Under the pieces are notes generated by a model. It ran no database searches and was not told where the DNA came from. It saw only the letters and a program-made list of their open reading frames with translations. A DNA stretch of 64,000 nt from Mycobacterium sp. GTDB lineage: Bacteria; Actinomycetota; Actinomycetes; Mycobacteriales; Mycobacteriaceae. Made by a program: the position numbers and the translations under genes. Positions 28,254-38,081 of the stretch are shown here, piece after piece. Position 1 is the stretch's first letter. Each line of letters begins with the position of its first letter. The DNA lies in assembly GCA_049647605.1 (NCBI GenBank), contig JBARXZ010000161.1, one strand, 5' to 3'.

Positions 28254-28411
28254 GCCGACAGGCGCACTCTGCCGTATCGGGTGAGTTGGAGAACCGGCAT
28301 CGGATTTCTGGTTCTGGTACCGGGGCGTGTCGGGACCGCATGTACGAGTCAACCGGAGTCACGGCGCGCCTCAGCTGCGGTTGCAAGCACCTTTCCCCGT
28401 GAGATATCGCA

Positions 28412-28417
28412 TAGAAT
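28412..28417 (+). promoter_or_regulatory. -10-like TAGAAT 7 nt upstream of the GntR ATG (candidate leaderless transcript)
   Basis: TAGAAT at 28412-28417 and ATG at 28425. No Shine-Dalgarno sequence in between. Confidence 0.35.
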
Positions 28418-28424
28418 ATTCCGC

Positions 28425-29090
28425 ATGCCAGTCCCAGATGAGCATGGAAGACACAGACGATCGCTGCTGCGAGAGCAGGCGTACGTTTCGATCAGGGATG
28501 CAATCGTCAACGGCACGTTCGCGCCCGGAGAGAAGCTACGCGACCCCGAACTCGAGCAATGGTTGGGCATCAGCCGCACTCCGATCCGCGAGGCCATCGC
28601 CCGGTTGGAAACGGCTGGGTTGGTTCATACGATGCCGGGGCGTTCGACTGTGGTGTCGACCATCGAACGTGTGGCGGTGCTCGATGCGCAGGCTGTTGCA
28701 GCCGCCATGCACGCGCTCGCCGTCCGTATCGCGGTGCCGCTGATGGGGAAAAAGGAATTTGCTGCCATGGTGGCGGCCAACAAGGAGTTTGCCGCCGCCC
28801 TCGCGTCGGGAGATCCGGAAGCGGCGATGCAGGCTGACGATCTCTTTCACGGTGTTGCCGTCGACGCCAGCGGGAACCAGGCAATTCCGGTGGCTCTCGA
28901 GAATGTGACCCCAGTGCTCCGCCGACTGGAATTTCGGCGCTTCTCCTCCCTGTCCGGTCGCCAGTCGATAGCGCAACACAAGCGCATCATCGAACTCTGT
29001 CGCCAAGGTGATGCCGATGCGGCGGCGGAAGCCACCCAACAGAATTGGGAGACCCTGTCGCTCCTGCTGAACGGAGCTGATGAGGAGTAG
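28425..29090 (+). CDS. GntR-family (FadR/FCD subfamily) transcriptional regulator
   Basis: LREQAYVSIRDAIVNGTFAPGEKLRDPELEQWLGISRTPIREAIARLETAGLV, followed by an FCD-like helical domain. Confidence 0.85.
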   Translation: MPVPDEHGRHRRSLLREQAYVSIRDAIVNGTFAPGEKLRDPELEQWLGISRTPIREAIARLETAGLVHTMPGRSTVVSTIERVAVLDAQAVAAAMHALAVRIAVPLMGKKEFAAMVAANKEFAAALASGDPEAAMQADDLFHGVAVDASGNQAIPVALENVTPVLRRLEFRRFSSLSGRQSIAQHKRIIELCRQGDADAAAEATQQNWETLSLLLNGADEE

Positions 29091-29134
29091 CCAGGTGGCA
29101 GAAGCTGCTGCGGCCGTTGGTAATCGCACCTGGT

Positions 29135-30148
29135 CTAGCGGCGAATGGTCTCGGACGGCGATTCGCCGAATCTTTCCTTGTATTGCTGGGCAAACCGCCC
29201 CAGGTGAAAGAAGCCCCACCGCGTCGCCACATCGGTGACACGGAGTTCGCCTTCGGCACCACCTTTGAGTAGTTCTTCCCGGACGTGTTCGAGACGGATC
29301 TTGCGTACATACGCCATTGGTGACATACCGAAGCATTTCTGGAACGACGCATGCAGTGTCCGCACACTCATTGATCCGGCGCGGGCGAGTTCGTTGGGTG
29401 TGAGCGGTTCATCGGCGTTCATCTCGATGAAGTCGACGACGGGTTTGAGTCGACCGAGCCGGACCTGGGGTGGCGGTGCCAACAGGTCATCTTTGTAAGG
29501 GTGATCGCCGGCGTTGAGTAGCTGGCTCATGATGAAGGATTCGAGTTGATCTCGAGCCATGGGCATTTCAGCGATCCCGCCGGGACGGTCGAGCTCGCGA
29601 ACGAAGAACTCGACCGATGCCAGCAGGCTGGCCCCCGCGGCTGTCGAGAGGTCGAGCCCGAATTCGAAGTCGATGGCAGAGTTCACCTGGCGCCCTAACA
29701 ATTCCGACAGATGCGACTCCAGGCTGACGCGCGGCACCTTCAGGATGATTTGTTCCGCATCCGGTGTCCAGTGCACGGTGTTGGTCTGCTCAGGATGCAA
29801 GATTGCCCCGCTGTGACGGGCCTCGGTGACCACCTTCTGGCCGTCGGCGCGATCAGCGTGGGTGCTGCCGGCGGTGGTGAGGTTGACGTGGTAGCAGTCA
29901 TCGGTTGCCGGCATTCGTAGAGTCGTGTTGGTTCCGTAGGTGAGAAATCCCGCGGTGAAATGCCGTTGCTCAACAGCATTGAGCGTCATGTCCAGTGCGC
30001 CTGGGTCTTCGGCGTAGAGCTGGTGGGCCAAGTACACGTCGGTGACTGCTTGGCGCGCTTCTTCCAGGTTGCGAGTGTGCAGCACAGGAAATGCGTCAAG
30101 CGGCTGTTCGCGGGTGTCTCTCACGGTCTGCTCCTTAACCTCCGTCAT
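29135..30148 (-). CDS. AraC-family transcriptional regulator
   Basis: C-terminal double HTH (..LTPNELARAGSMSVRTLHASFQKCFGMSPMAYVRKIRLEHVREEL..VTDVATRWGFFHLGRFAQQYKERFGESP). Confidence 0.85.
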   Translation of the reverse strand: MTEVKEQTVRDTREQPLDAFPVLHTRNLEEARQAVTDVYLAHQLYAEDPGALDMTLNAVEQRHFTAGFLTYGTNTTLRMPATDDCYHVNLTTAGSTHADRADGQKVVTEARHSGAILHPEQTNTVHWTPDAEQIILKVPRVSLESHLSELLGRQVNSAIDFEFGLDLSTAAGASLLASVEFFVRELDRPGGIAEMPMARDQLESFIMSQLLNAGDHPYKDDLLAPPPQVRLGRLKPVVDFIEMNADEPLTPNELARAGSMSVRTLHASFQKCFGMSPMAYVRKIRLEHVREELLKGGAEGELRVTDVATRWGFFHLGRFAQQYKERFGESPSETIRR

Positions 30149-30208
30149 GACCCCAGACCGTGGCCGGGTTGCAGCGAGTTGGGCGCTACAACCCGGCCAC
30201 GATAGTCG

Positions 30209-31372
30209 TCAGTGGCGTAGACCAGCTTGCTTGAGAAGCGGCATTACGGCGTCGCCGAAGTATTTCATCTCCTCGTTGTAGTCGATCATCCCCATGATGA
30301 TGCCGTTCATGCCGGCGTCGTTGAGCTTGCCGATCTCCTCGACACACTGCTCGGGGGTTCCGACAATCGGGTATCCGCCCCAGCCGGCGATGAACCGCTC
30401 CTTGAACTCACGGGCGTGATCGAACGATTGGCTTGCGCCGGAGAGCGCCATGTTGATCACATTGCCGGCGGCGCCCCAGTCGCCATCGTCGATGACACGC
30501 TGGAAGTCGGCTTTGGCCTCTTTCTCGGTGTCGCGGCACACCACCAGCCCGTACGTCATCGGGGTGATGGTGCGCTGGTACTCGTCGCGGGCCTTGGCCA
30601 CGATCGCCGTGGTGTAGGCCTTCATGTTCTCCAAGGTGTCCAGGGAGGCGAAGTTGAAGTCGACATTGCGGGCCGAGAATTCGATGCCGCTCTTGGAGTT
30701 GCCCGCGTTGATCAGGGCCGGGCGTGGTGCCTGGTGGGGCTTGGGGTAGGACTCGAGATTGTCGCCGTCGAAAAACTCGCCGTGAAAGCTGAATGAACCA
30801 GGCTCAGTCCACAGCTTGTTGACGTAGTCGATCCACTCCTGGCCGAAGGCATAGCGCTGGTCATGCTGGCGTTGTGCACCGCCGAACATCTCCATTTCCG
30901 GTGTCACCCATCCCATCACCAGATTGAGGCCGAAACGGCCGCCGGAGATGTGATCGATGGTCGTGGCCGCTTTGGCTGCGACAATTGGATGGACTGTCGG
31001 CAGATGGGACGTGGCGAAGATCGCGATGTTTTCGGTGGCTTGAGCCAATCCCGCTGCCCAGGTGTAGGTTTCGAAACAGTTGCCGTTGAAGTTCGTGGTG
31101 CCGCCGAACCCCTTCCAGCGTGCCACGGGTACCAAGGCTTCGAAGCCCAGAGAGTCGGCGCGCTGGGCGACTTCCAGTGTGTGCTTCCATGTCGCCTCAT
31201 AGGTCGTCGGGGCATGCGACATGATGAGGCCGTACGAGCAGTTGGTACCGAACAATCCGAGTTTCATCTTTTGGTCGTTGAACATCGGATTGGTCGAAAC
31301 CCGGTCCACCAACGGGGCGGTTTCCGCGATCGGTCGCGGTGCGGTCGGATGATATTCGAGTGTGTCGGTCAT
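30209..31372 (-). CDS. LLM-class (luciferase-like) flavin-dependent monooxygenase
   Basis: KLGLFGTN.., GFEALVPVARWKGFGG and ATIDHISGGRFGLNLVMGW. RBS AAGGAG before ATG 31372. Confidence 0.85.
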   Translation of the reverse strand: MTDTLEYHPTAPRPIAETAPLVDRVSTNPMFNDQKMKLGLFGTNCSYGLIMSHAPTTYEATWKHTLEVAQRADSLGFEALVPVARWKGFGGTTNFNGNCFETYTWAAGLAQATENIAIFATSHLPTVHPIVAAKAATTIDHISGGRFGLNLVMGWVTPEMEMFGGAQRQHDQRYAFGQEWIDYVNKLWTEPGSFSFHGEFFDGDNLESYPKPHQAPRPALINAGNSKSGIEFSARNVDFNFASLDTLENMKAYTTAIVAKARDEYQRTITPMTYGLVVCRDTEKEAKADFQRVIDDGDWGAAGNVINMALSGASQSFDHAREFKERFIAGWGGYPIVGTPEQCVEEIGKLNDAGMNGIIMGMIDYNEEMKYFGDAVMPLLKQAGLRH

Positions 31373-31386
31373 CGTGAATCTCCTTG

Positions 31387-32898
31387 TCAGCCGAGCTTGA
31401 ACGGATCGCGGGTAGCGCCGGTGAGTTCGACCCACACGGACTTGTTCTCGGTGTACTCGTTGATGGCGTCGAGCCCGTTCTCGCGACCGAGGCCGCTGTC
31501 ACCGAACCCGCCGAAGGGCACGTTGGGAGCAAGTACCCGGTAGGCATTGACCCAGACTGTGCCGGCCCGCAGCTTGGCGGCGACGCGGTGGGCACGGTGG
31601 ACGTCTTTGGTCCACACCGAACCGGCCAACCCGAACTGGGTGTCGTTTGCCAGTTTCAGGGCCTGTTCCTCGGTGGAGAACTTGTAGGCGGCCAGAACCG
31701 GACCGAACACCTCTTCCCGAACGATGGTCGAGTCGGGGGTGACATCGGTGAAAACGGTCGGTTCGATGAACAGCCCGCCGTGTTCGACGCTGGCGCGGCC
31801 GCCGCTGGCCACGGTGGCACCTTCGTCGATCGCCGTGCGCAGGTAGCCCAACACCTTGTCGTACTGCGGGCGGTTGGCGACCGGACCCATCTCGGTGGCA
31901 GCATCGTTGGGGTCGCCGAGCTTGATCGCACTGGCCCGTTTCGCGACCAGTTCGATCAGTTCGTCGTGGACGCTTTCGTGGACTATCAACCGGGAGCCCG
32001 CCATACAGGTCTGGCCGGTGGCGGCAAAAACCCCCGCGACCAAACCATTTGCGGCAGCTTCCAGATCAGCATCGGGAAAGACGATTTGCGGTGACTTGCC
32101 GCCCAGCTCGAGGGTGACTCTGTTGAGATTGGCCGCGGCCGCTTGAGCCACCGCACGTCCGGTGTTCGTGGAACCGGTGAACGCAACCTTGTCGACACCG
32201 GTGTGGCTGGCCAGATGCTCCCCGATACCGCGGCTGGACCCGGTGACAATATTGACTGTGCCGGCGGGGAACCCTGCTTTGTCGATCATTTCGGCGAACG
32301 CCAAGGTGGAAGCCGGCGCATGTTCGGACGGCTTGATGACAAATGTGCAACCCGCGGCCAACCCCACCGCAAGCTTGAAGGTCATCAACAGCAACGGAGA
32401 GTTCCACGGCGTGATGGCCGCGACCACGCCGACGGGATGGCGCTGGGTGTAGACGAAGTAGTTGGGTTTATCCGACGGAATGGCCCTACCTTCGAGCTTG
32501 TCGGCCAGACCTGCGTAGTAGTAGTACCACTGCGGTAGGTACTGCAGTTGGCCGATCATCTCTCGGTACAACTTGCCGGAGTCGGAAACCTCCAGTCGAG
32601 CAAGACGTTCGGCGTTCTCGCCGATGAGGTCGCCAAGTCTGCGCAGCAGCCGTGCACGCTCGAACCCGTTCGTGGCACCCCATTCGCCGTCAAGGGCTGA
32701 CCGCGCACTGGCCACTGCCAAGTCGACATCCTCGGTGGAACCATCCGGTATCGATGCCCAGGCCTGGCCCAGATAAGGGTTCTCGGACTCGAACGTCTTT
32801 CCTGACCGGGCGTCGACGAATTCACCCCCGACGTACATCTTGAACTGTTCCAGATCCCGCTCCGCCTGCGGCGGGGATCCGAGCTGGGTAGATGTCAT
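31387..32898 (-). CDS. NAD(P)-dependent aldehyde dehydrogenase
   Basis: VGVVAAITPWNSPL, FTGSTNTGR, ELGGKSP (catalytic Glu) and GQTCMAGSR (catalytic Cys). Confidence 0.9.
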   Translation of the reverse strand: MTSTQLGSPPQAERDLEQFKMYVGGEFVDARSGKTFESENPYLGQAWASIPDGSTEDVDLAVASARSALDGEWGATNGFERARLLRRLGDLIGENAERLARLEVSDSGKLYREMIGQLQYLPQWYYYYAGLADKLEGRAIPSDKPNYFVYTQRHPVGVVAAITPWNSPLLLMTFKLAVGLAAGCTFVIKPSEHAPASTLAFAEMIDKAGFPAGTVNIVTGSSRGIGEHLASHTGVDKVAFTGSTNTGRAVAQAAAANLNRVTLELGGKSPQIVFPDADLEAAANGLVAGVFAATGQTCMAGSRLIVHESVHDELIELVAKRASAIKLGDPNDAATEMGPVANRPQYDKVLGYLRTAIDEGATVASGGRASVEHGGLFIEPTVFTDVTPDSTIVREEVFGPVLAAYKFSTEEQALKLANDTQFGLAGSVWTKDVHRAHRVAAKLRAGTVWVNAYRVLAPNVPFGGFGDSGLGRENGLDAINEYTENKSVWVELTGATRDPFKLG

Positions 32899-33139
32899 GG
32901 CTCACTTCCTCGAAAAATTCCTGTGGTGCATATCACCCTTTCCAGACCCTAGGCAGCGTGCCGGGTGGGTCGATAGCCACAGAGTGCGCGTGACTATCCG
33001 TTGCGTGCAGACCCGGTGCGCACCGGCGAAGTGAGTTCACTGGGCGGATAGTGGCGGCACTGGGCGGATAGTGACACCAGTCACAAGGTGCCTATGGTTC
33101 GGCGAAGACGACCACCACCGAGGCTGCAGGGGATAGACG

Positions 33140-33649
33140 ATGGAACTCTCGATGATCACCGCCGATCGCATGCGGGAAGTGCTCGGCTCCTTCTGCTCGG
33201 GTATCACTGTCATCTCCGCGCAGACCGAACACGGCCCTGTCGGCTTCACCTGCCAGTCCTTCAGCTCGTTGTCACTGGACCCGCCGCTTGTATCCTTCAG
33301 CCCAGCAAGGACATCCACGACGTGGCCGAAGATCCGAGACATCGGGACCTTCGCCGTCAACGTCCTGGCCGACGACCACCACACCATCAGTAACGGCTTC
33401 GCCCGTTCCGGTGCCGACAAATTCGCCGGGGTGCGCTGGGAAGCTGGGCCGCACGGTGCACCGATCCTCGACGGTGTGGTGGCGTGGGCGGAATGCGACC
33501 TCTGGGCCGAGTACGACGGGGGCGATCACACTGTGGTCGCCGCCCGGGTACTGGAACTGCACGGCACGCCAGACAGGAGCCCGCTGCTGTACTACCGGGG
33601 CGGCTACCACTTGGCTCGGCCACACCACCACGGCACCACGAGTCGATGA
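33140..33649 (+). CDS. Flavin reductase family protein (HpaC/NtaB-like)
   Basis: FCSGITVISA..GPVGFTCQSFSSLSLDPPLVSF and GAPILDG..AWAECD. Confidence 0.85.
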   Translation: MELSMITADRMREVLGSFCSGITVISAQTEHGPVGFTCQSFSSLSLDPPLVSFSPARTSTTWPKIRDIGTFAVNVLADDHHTISNGFARSGADKFAGVRWEAGPHGAPILDGVVAWAECDLWAEYDGGDHTVVAARVLELHGTPDRSPLLYYRGGYHLARPHHHGTTSR

Positions 33650-33735
33650 CATCTGCGATTCGCCGAACGTGAGCGTCGTTTCAGCTGAGCGAACGTCGCC
33701 GACGATCTACCCCATTCCTTGACGGAGGTCCAATC

Positions 33736-34959
33736 ATGCACGAGTTCAACGCACTTGGTGAGGCGGTCCGCCGTATCGCCCGCGGCGGGATGGTTCTGGT
33801 CGCTGACAACGAAGATCGTGAGAATGAAGGTGACCTCGTGATGGCCGCCGAGTTCACCACGGCGGCCGACATGGTATTTCTGCTGCGCCATGGCAGCGGG
33901 ATCGTGTGCACACCCATGAGTGAGGCCATCGCCGATGAACTCGACCTCACCCCGATGGTGTCCGCCAACACAGACAACCATCAAACCGCATTCACTGTGA
34001 CAGTCGATGCTGTCGAGGTGGGCACCGGAATTTCTGCCGCAGACCGGGCCGCCACCATCAGGGCGCTGGCCCGTCCGACGACTCGACCTGCCGATCTGCG
34101 TCGGCCCGGACATGTCTTCCCGCTACGGGCGCGTAACGGCGGCGTCCTGGTCCGGGACGGGCACACCGAAGCGTCGCTGGACTTGATACGGCTGGCCGGA
34201 TGCCGCGAGGTGGCTGTGATCACCGAACTGGTCGACGACGACGGTGTTCCGATGTCCGGCACGACGCTCACCGATTTTGCTGCCATGCACGGTATTCCGA
34301 TGATCACCGTCGCTGACCTCGTTACACATCGGCTACGCACGCAGGCCGCCTCCGTGCTGGGGGCCAGTGCATCGATACCCACCCGGCACGGCTTGTTCAG
34401 CGCGCAGACCCACATCGGGGATGGCGGCGCCGAACACCTCGTGCTGTCCTACGGCGACGTGCGTGCCGCGTCCACCACATCCGTCGGGGTATTGGTCCGG
34501 GTGCACAGCGAATGCCTGACCGGCGACGTCTTTGGTTCTCAGCGCTGCGACTGCGGCAGTCAACTCGACGCCGCACTCGGACAGATCGCCGCCGAAGGTG
34601 CAGGTCTGGTGATCTACTTGCGCGGCCACGAAGGCCGGGGGATAGGACTCGGACACAAGCTGGCCGCCTACATCTTGCAGGACGGCGGGCACGACACCGT
34701 TGACGCCAACACCGTTCTCGGACTGCCCGTCGACTGCCGCGACTACACCGATTCGGCTGCCATACTTCGTGATCTGGGAATCCTTCGCGTCCGTCTGATC
34801 ACCAACAACCCGCAGAAAATCGAGGCCATCGCCGGCGGCGGTGTCCTCGTCACCGAACGGATCCCGTCACCGACGGCCGTGACCGACGACAACATCACCT
34901 ACCTGCGAACCAAACGTGACCGGATGGGCCATGCCCTCGATCTGCCGGCGGCCCAGTAG
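33736..34959 (+). CDS. ribBA: Bifunctional 3,4-dihydroxy-2-butanone-4-phosphate synthase / GTP cyclohydrolase II
   Basis: DHBP synthase motifs (DNEDRENEGDLVMAAE, RPGHVFPL). GCHII zinc motif (HSECLTGDVFGSQRCDCG). Confidence 0.9.
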   Translation: MHEFNALGEAVRRIARGGMVLVADNEDRENEGDLVMAAEFTTAADMVFLLRHGSGIVCTPMSEAIADELDLTPMVSANTDNHQTAFTVTVDAVEVGTGISAADRAATIRALARPTTRPADLRRPGHVFPLRARNGGVLVRDGHTEASLDLIRLAGCREVAVITELVDDDGVPMSGTTLTDFAAMHGIPMITVADLVTHRLRTQAASVLGASASIPTRHGLFSAQTHIGDGGAEHLVLSYGDVRAASTTSVGVLVRVHSECLTGDVFGSQRCDCGSQLDAALGQIAAEGAGLVIYLRGHEGRGIGLGHKLAAYILQDGGHDTVDANTVLGLPVDCRDYTDSAAILRDLGILRVRLITNNPQKIEAIAGGGVLVTERIPSPTAVTDDNITYLRTKRDRMGHALDLPAAQ

Positions 34960-35038
34960 CTGGCCCCGTGACCAGCGATTGGCGTAGCGCCCGCCGCACC
35001 TGAACCGCACACATGACACCGAAATGCTGAAGGACGGT

Positions 35039-36250
35039 ATGGACAACATCTCGCACGGACCGTTGACCGGTTTCCGAGTGCTGGAACTGGGCAACTTCAT
35101 TGCCGCACCCACCGCTGGACGACTTCTCGCCGACTTCGGCGCCGACGTCATCAAGGTCGAGCGACCCGGAACCGGTGATGAATTGCGCACCTGGCGACTC
35201 CATGGAGGAACCACCAGCCTGTTGTTTCGAACCCTCGGACGAAACAAGCGCAGCATCACCCTCGACATGAAGAGCGAGCGAGGACGCAACATCGCTCTCG
35301 CACTGATCGCAAAATCCGACGTCATTCTGGAGAACTTCCGTCCAGGCACCCTCGAACGCATGGGCCTGGGCCCTGAGGCCATCCACGCTGCCAATCCGGA
35401 AGCGGTGCTCGTGCGAATCTCCGGGTACGGCCAGACCGGGCCGTACCGAGATCGTCCCGGTTTCGGTGGGGTAGCCGAAGCCGTCGGGGGACTACGTCAT
35501 ATCGTCGGATATCCCGACCGTCCTCCAGTTCGGGTCGGAATCAGTCTGGCTGACACCGTTTCTGGACTGTACGCCGTCATCGGGGCGCTGATGGGGCTGT
35601 TGCGCCGCACCACCAAATCCGGTGGTGAGGTCGTTGACGTGGCGCTCTACGAGGCGGTCTACTCGCTGATGGAATCGCTGATTCCCGATCACGATGCCTT
35701 CGGAATCCAGAGGATCCCGGCGGGATCCGGGTTGCCCGGAATTGTCCCGTCCAACACCTTCGAGTGCGCCGACGGTAAGTACGTTGTCATCAGCGGCAAC
35801 GGCGACGCCATCTACAAGCGGCTCATGCACGCGGTGGGCCGGGCCGACCTTGCCGAGGACCCGGCATTGGGCGACAACTCCGGACGAGTCGAGCGCCAGG
35901 AAGACATCGAAACGGCCATCGCCGCATGGACTCTGACGCTCGGCAACGACAGAGTCCTCGAGATCCTCGAAGACGCCGGGGTGCCCAGCGGTCCGATCTT
36001 CGAGGCCGCCGACATCCTTGCCGATCCGCATTTCCAGCACCGCAACATGCTCCAAACGCACCCGGTCGATATCGGCGAAGCGCAACAGCAACCGGTGCAG
36101 TTTCCGGGGATTGTCCCGACTTTGGCCAACGAACCGGGCCAGACCCGCTGGCTCGGCCCCGAGCTCGGTGAGCACACCGAGGAAGTTCTCGCCGAAGTCG
36201 GCATCGGGCCGAACGAGCTCAGTGATCTGCGCGCAGAAGGAGTGATCTGA
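35039..36250 (+). CDS. CaiB/BaiF family (type III) CoA-transferase
   Basis: GFRVLELGNFIAAPTAGRLLADFGADVIKVERP and ENFRPG. Start may instead be ATG 35024. Confidence 0.85.
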   Translation: MDNISHGPLTGFRVLELGNFIAAPTAGRLLADFGADVIKVERPGTGDELRTWRLHGGTTSLLFRTLGRNKRSITLDMKSERGRNIALALIAKSDVILENFRPGTLERMGLGPEAIHAANPEAVLVRISGYGQTGPYRDRPGFGGVAEAVGGLRHIVGYPDRPPVRVGISLADTVSGLYAVIGALMGLLRRTTKSGGEVVDVALYEAVYSLMESLIPDHDAFGIQRIPAGSGLPGIVPSNTFECADGKYVVISGNGDAIYKRLMHAVGRADLAEDPALGDNSGRVERQEDIETAIAAWTLTLGNDRVLEILEDAGVPSGPIFEAADILADPHFQHRNMLQTHPVDIGEAQQQPVQFPGIVPTLANEPGQTRWLGPELGEHTEEVLAEVGIGPNELSDLRAEGVI

Positions 36251-36252
36251 CG

Positions 36253-37176
36253 ATGGACAGCACGGCGATCATCACGGAAGTCTCGCTGCGTGACGGGTTG
36301 CAGATCGAACCCGTGACGGTTCCCACGGCCGACAAACTTCGTCTCGGGAGCGCGCTCATCGATGCAGGATTCACAAATCTGGAGGTGGGCGCGTTCGTCA
36401 ACCCTGCCAAGGTGCCCACCATGGCCGACTCCGAAGACGTGATGCGCGGGCTCGACGGCTCGTCGGCTGCCCTACACGCCCTGGTGTTCAACCTGCGTGG
36501 CGCCCACCGGGCCGTTTCCTGCGGAACCACCCACGTCCGGTTTGTGGTCTCCGCCAGCGATGGACACAGCCTTGCAAATGCCGGTGCAACCACGCTCGAG
36601 GCGATGGATCGTATCGAAGAGGCGGCGAATTGGTTGGCCGATCAGCAGGTTTCGACCGAAGCGACAATCGCCACCGCGTTCGTCTGCCCTTTTGACGGAG
36701 ACACCCCCATCGAACGAGTTCTGACCGTCGCCCAGAGATTCATCGACTGCGGTATCGGCGTGCTGCATCTCGCGGACACCATCGGCGCGGCCACTCCTGG
36801 GGACATCCGCCGCACCGTCAGCGCAGTCCAGAAGTCCTTTCCCGAAACGGAGTTGGGGCTGCACCTGCACAACACCTACGGGATGGCTTCGGCAAGCGTC
36901 TGGGAGGCATTGGAACTGGGCGTACGACGATTCGATGCAGCCCTGGGTGGTCTGGGAGGGTGTCCCTTCGCACCGGGTGCCGCCGGCAACATCGCCGCCG
37001 ACGACCTGGTGCATCTGCTACACCGTGAAGGAATCCAGACCGGAATCGACACCGAGCGACTCACCGCCGCCAGGGATCTGCTGCGCGGCATTGTCGGGCA
37101 TCCCCTTCACTCGTCGCTCGCCGCAGTGGGGACCGCACCGGCTGAGCTCAGAACGTCGCTGGTGCCGAGCTTGTAG
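36253..37176 (+). CDS. Hydroxymethylglutaryl-CoA lyase-like (HMGL family) enzyme
   Basis: EVSLRDGLQ, LHLADTIG, HLHNTYGM and GGLGGCPFAPGAAGN. Confidence 0.85.
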   Translation: MDSTAIITEVSLRDGLQIEPVTVPTADKLRLGSALIDAGFTNLEVGAFVNPAKVPTMADSEDVMRGLDGSSAALHALVFNLRGAHRAVSCGTTHVRFVVSASDGHSLANAGATTLEAMDRIEEAANWLADQQVSTEATIATAFVCPFDGDTPIERVLTVAQRFIDCGIGVLHLADTIGAATPGDIRRTVSAVQKSFPETELGLHLHNTYGMASASVWEALELGVRRFDAALGGLGGCPFAPGAAGNIAADDLVHLLHREGIQTGIDTERLTAARDLLRGIVGHPLHSSLAAVGTAPAELRTSLVPSL

Positions 37177-37405
37177 GGGCGAAACTCCTGGCAGTCCGGG
37201 CTGCCCGCCGCGTGTCAGCCAAACAATGTCGGGGCTTCATCCCAGCGGCTGATGGGCAACGTCTTGAGCTCCGCCACGGCTTCGGCCATGCCCATCCGGG
37301 TGGCGAGAACCCGGTCGAATGCTGTCGGTACTGCGCCTCGTTGGATCTACCCCAAGGTCGCCAGCGCTGTTCAGTATGCCCAGTCGCATGAGTTGGGGTC
37401 TCCGG

Positions 37406-38080
37406 TCAGAAGATCCGCAGCGCGGTGGATGCGGGCGCATCCAACAGCGCCGAGATCTCATCGTCGAGTTCGAGCACGGTCACAGAAGCACTCGCCATGT
37501 CCAGGGAGGTGCAGTAGTTACCCACATAGGACCGTCGCACCTGAATTCCCTTGCTCAGCAGCCGGTCGTGGGCATGGCCGTACAAGATGTAGAGCTCGCT
37601 GATCGGGGTGGCACCGAGACCGTTGATCATCAGCGCAACCTGCGCCCCGGATTCGAAGGGCTTGTCGGCGCGACTCCGAATTCGATCTCGTCGTCAGCCA
37701 GCTCGAACAGCGGGGCGCCCTTGGCCGGAGGTGAGCAGGCTGTGAGTGCGACTCCGAGTGAGCGGGTGTTGGCGTTGACTCGCTCGCCGATGGCGCGGAC
37801 GGCATCGAGGCTGAGGCCTTGCTCGGCGGCAGCGCCGACGGCCTTGATGACAAAGAAGTTGCCCGCGACGCCACGGCGCCCGACCGTGTAGGTCGAATCC
37901 TCGACGGCGACATCGTCGTTGATGAACAGCAGTTGCGCCTCGATGCCCTCGTCGGTGGCCACTTCCTGGGCCATCTCGAAGGCCATTCTGTCGCCGGTGT
38001 AGTTGTTGACCAGCAGGAGCACTCCGGCGGCCGTTGTCGCGATGTCGTCGACCCGCTTGAGCGCCCCGGTAGGCTCACCC
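37406..38080 (-). pseudogene. dhaK: Decayed dihydroxyacetone kinase DhaK-subunit remnant
   Basis: Two minus-strand frames carry DhaK blocks (VLLLVNNYTGD.., DDVAVEDS..GRRGVAG.., EFGV.. then INGLGATPISELY..YCTSLDM). About the first 100 residues and an internal segment are missing, and there is a frame change near 37630-37670. Confidence 0.7.
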
Positions 38081-38081
38081 C

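Noticed and set aside
37177-37405. Possible DhaL remnant downstream of the dhaK fragments.
   Set aside because: Similarity is limited to one short segment (..TRMGMAEAVAELKTLP..), too weak to call a feature.
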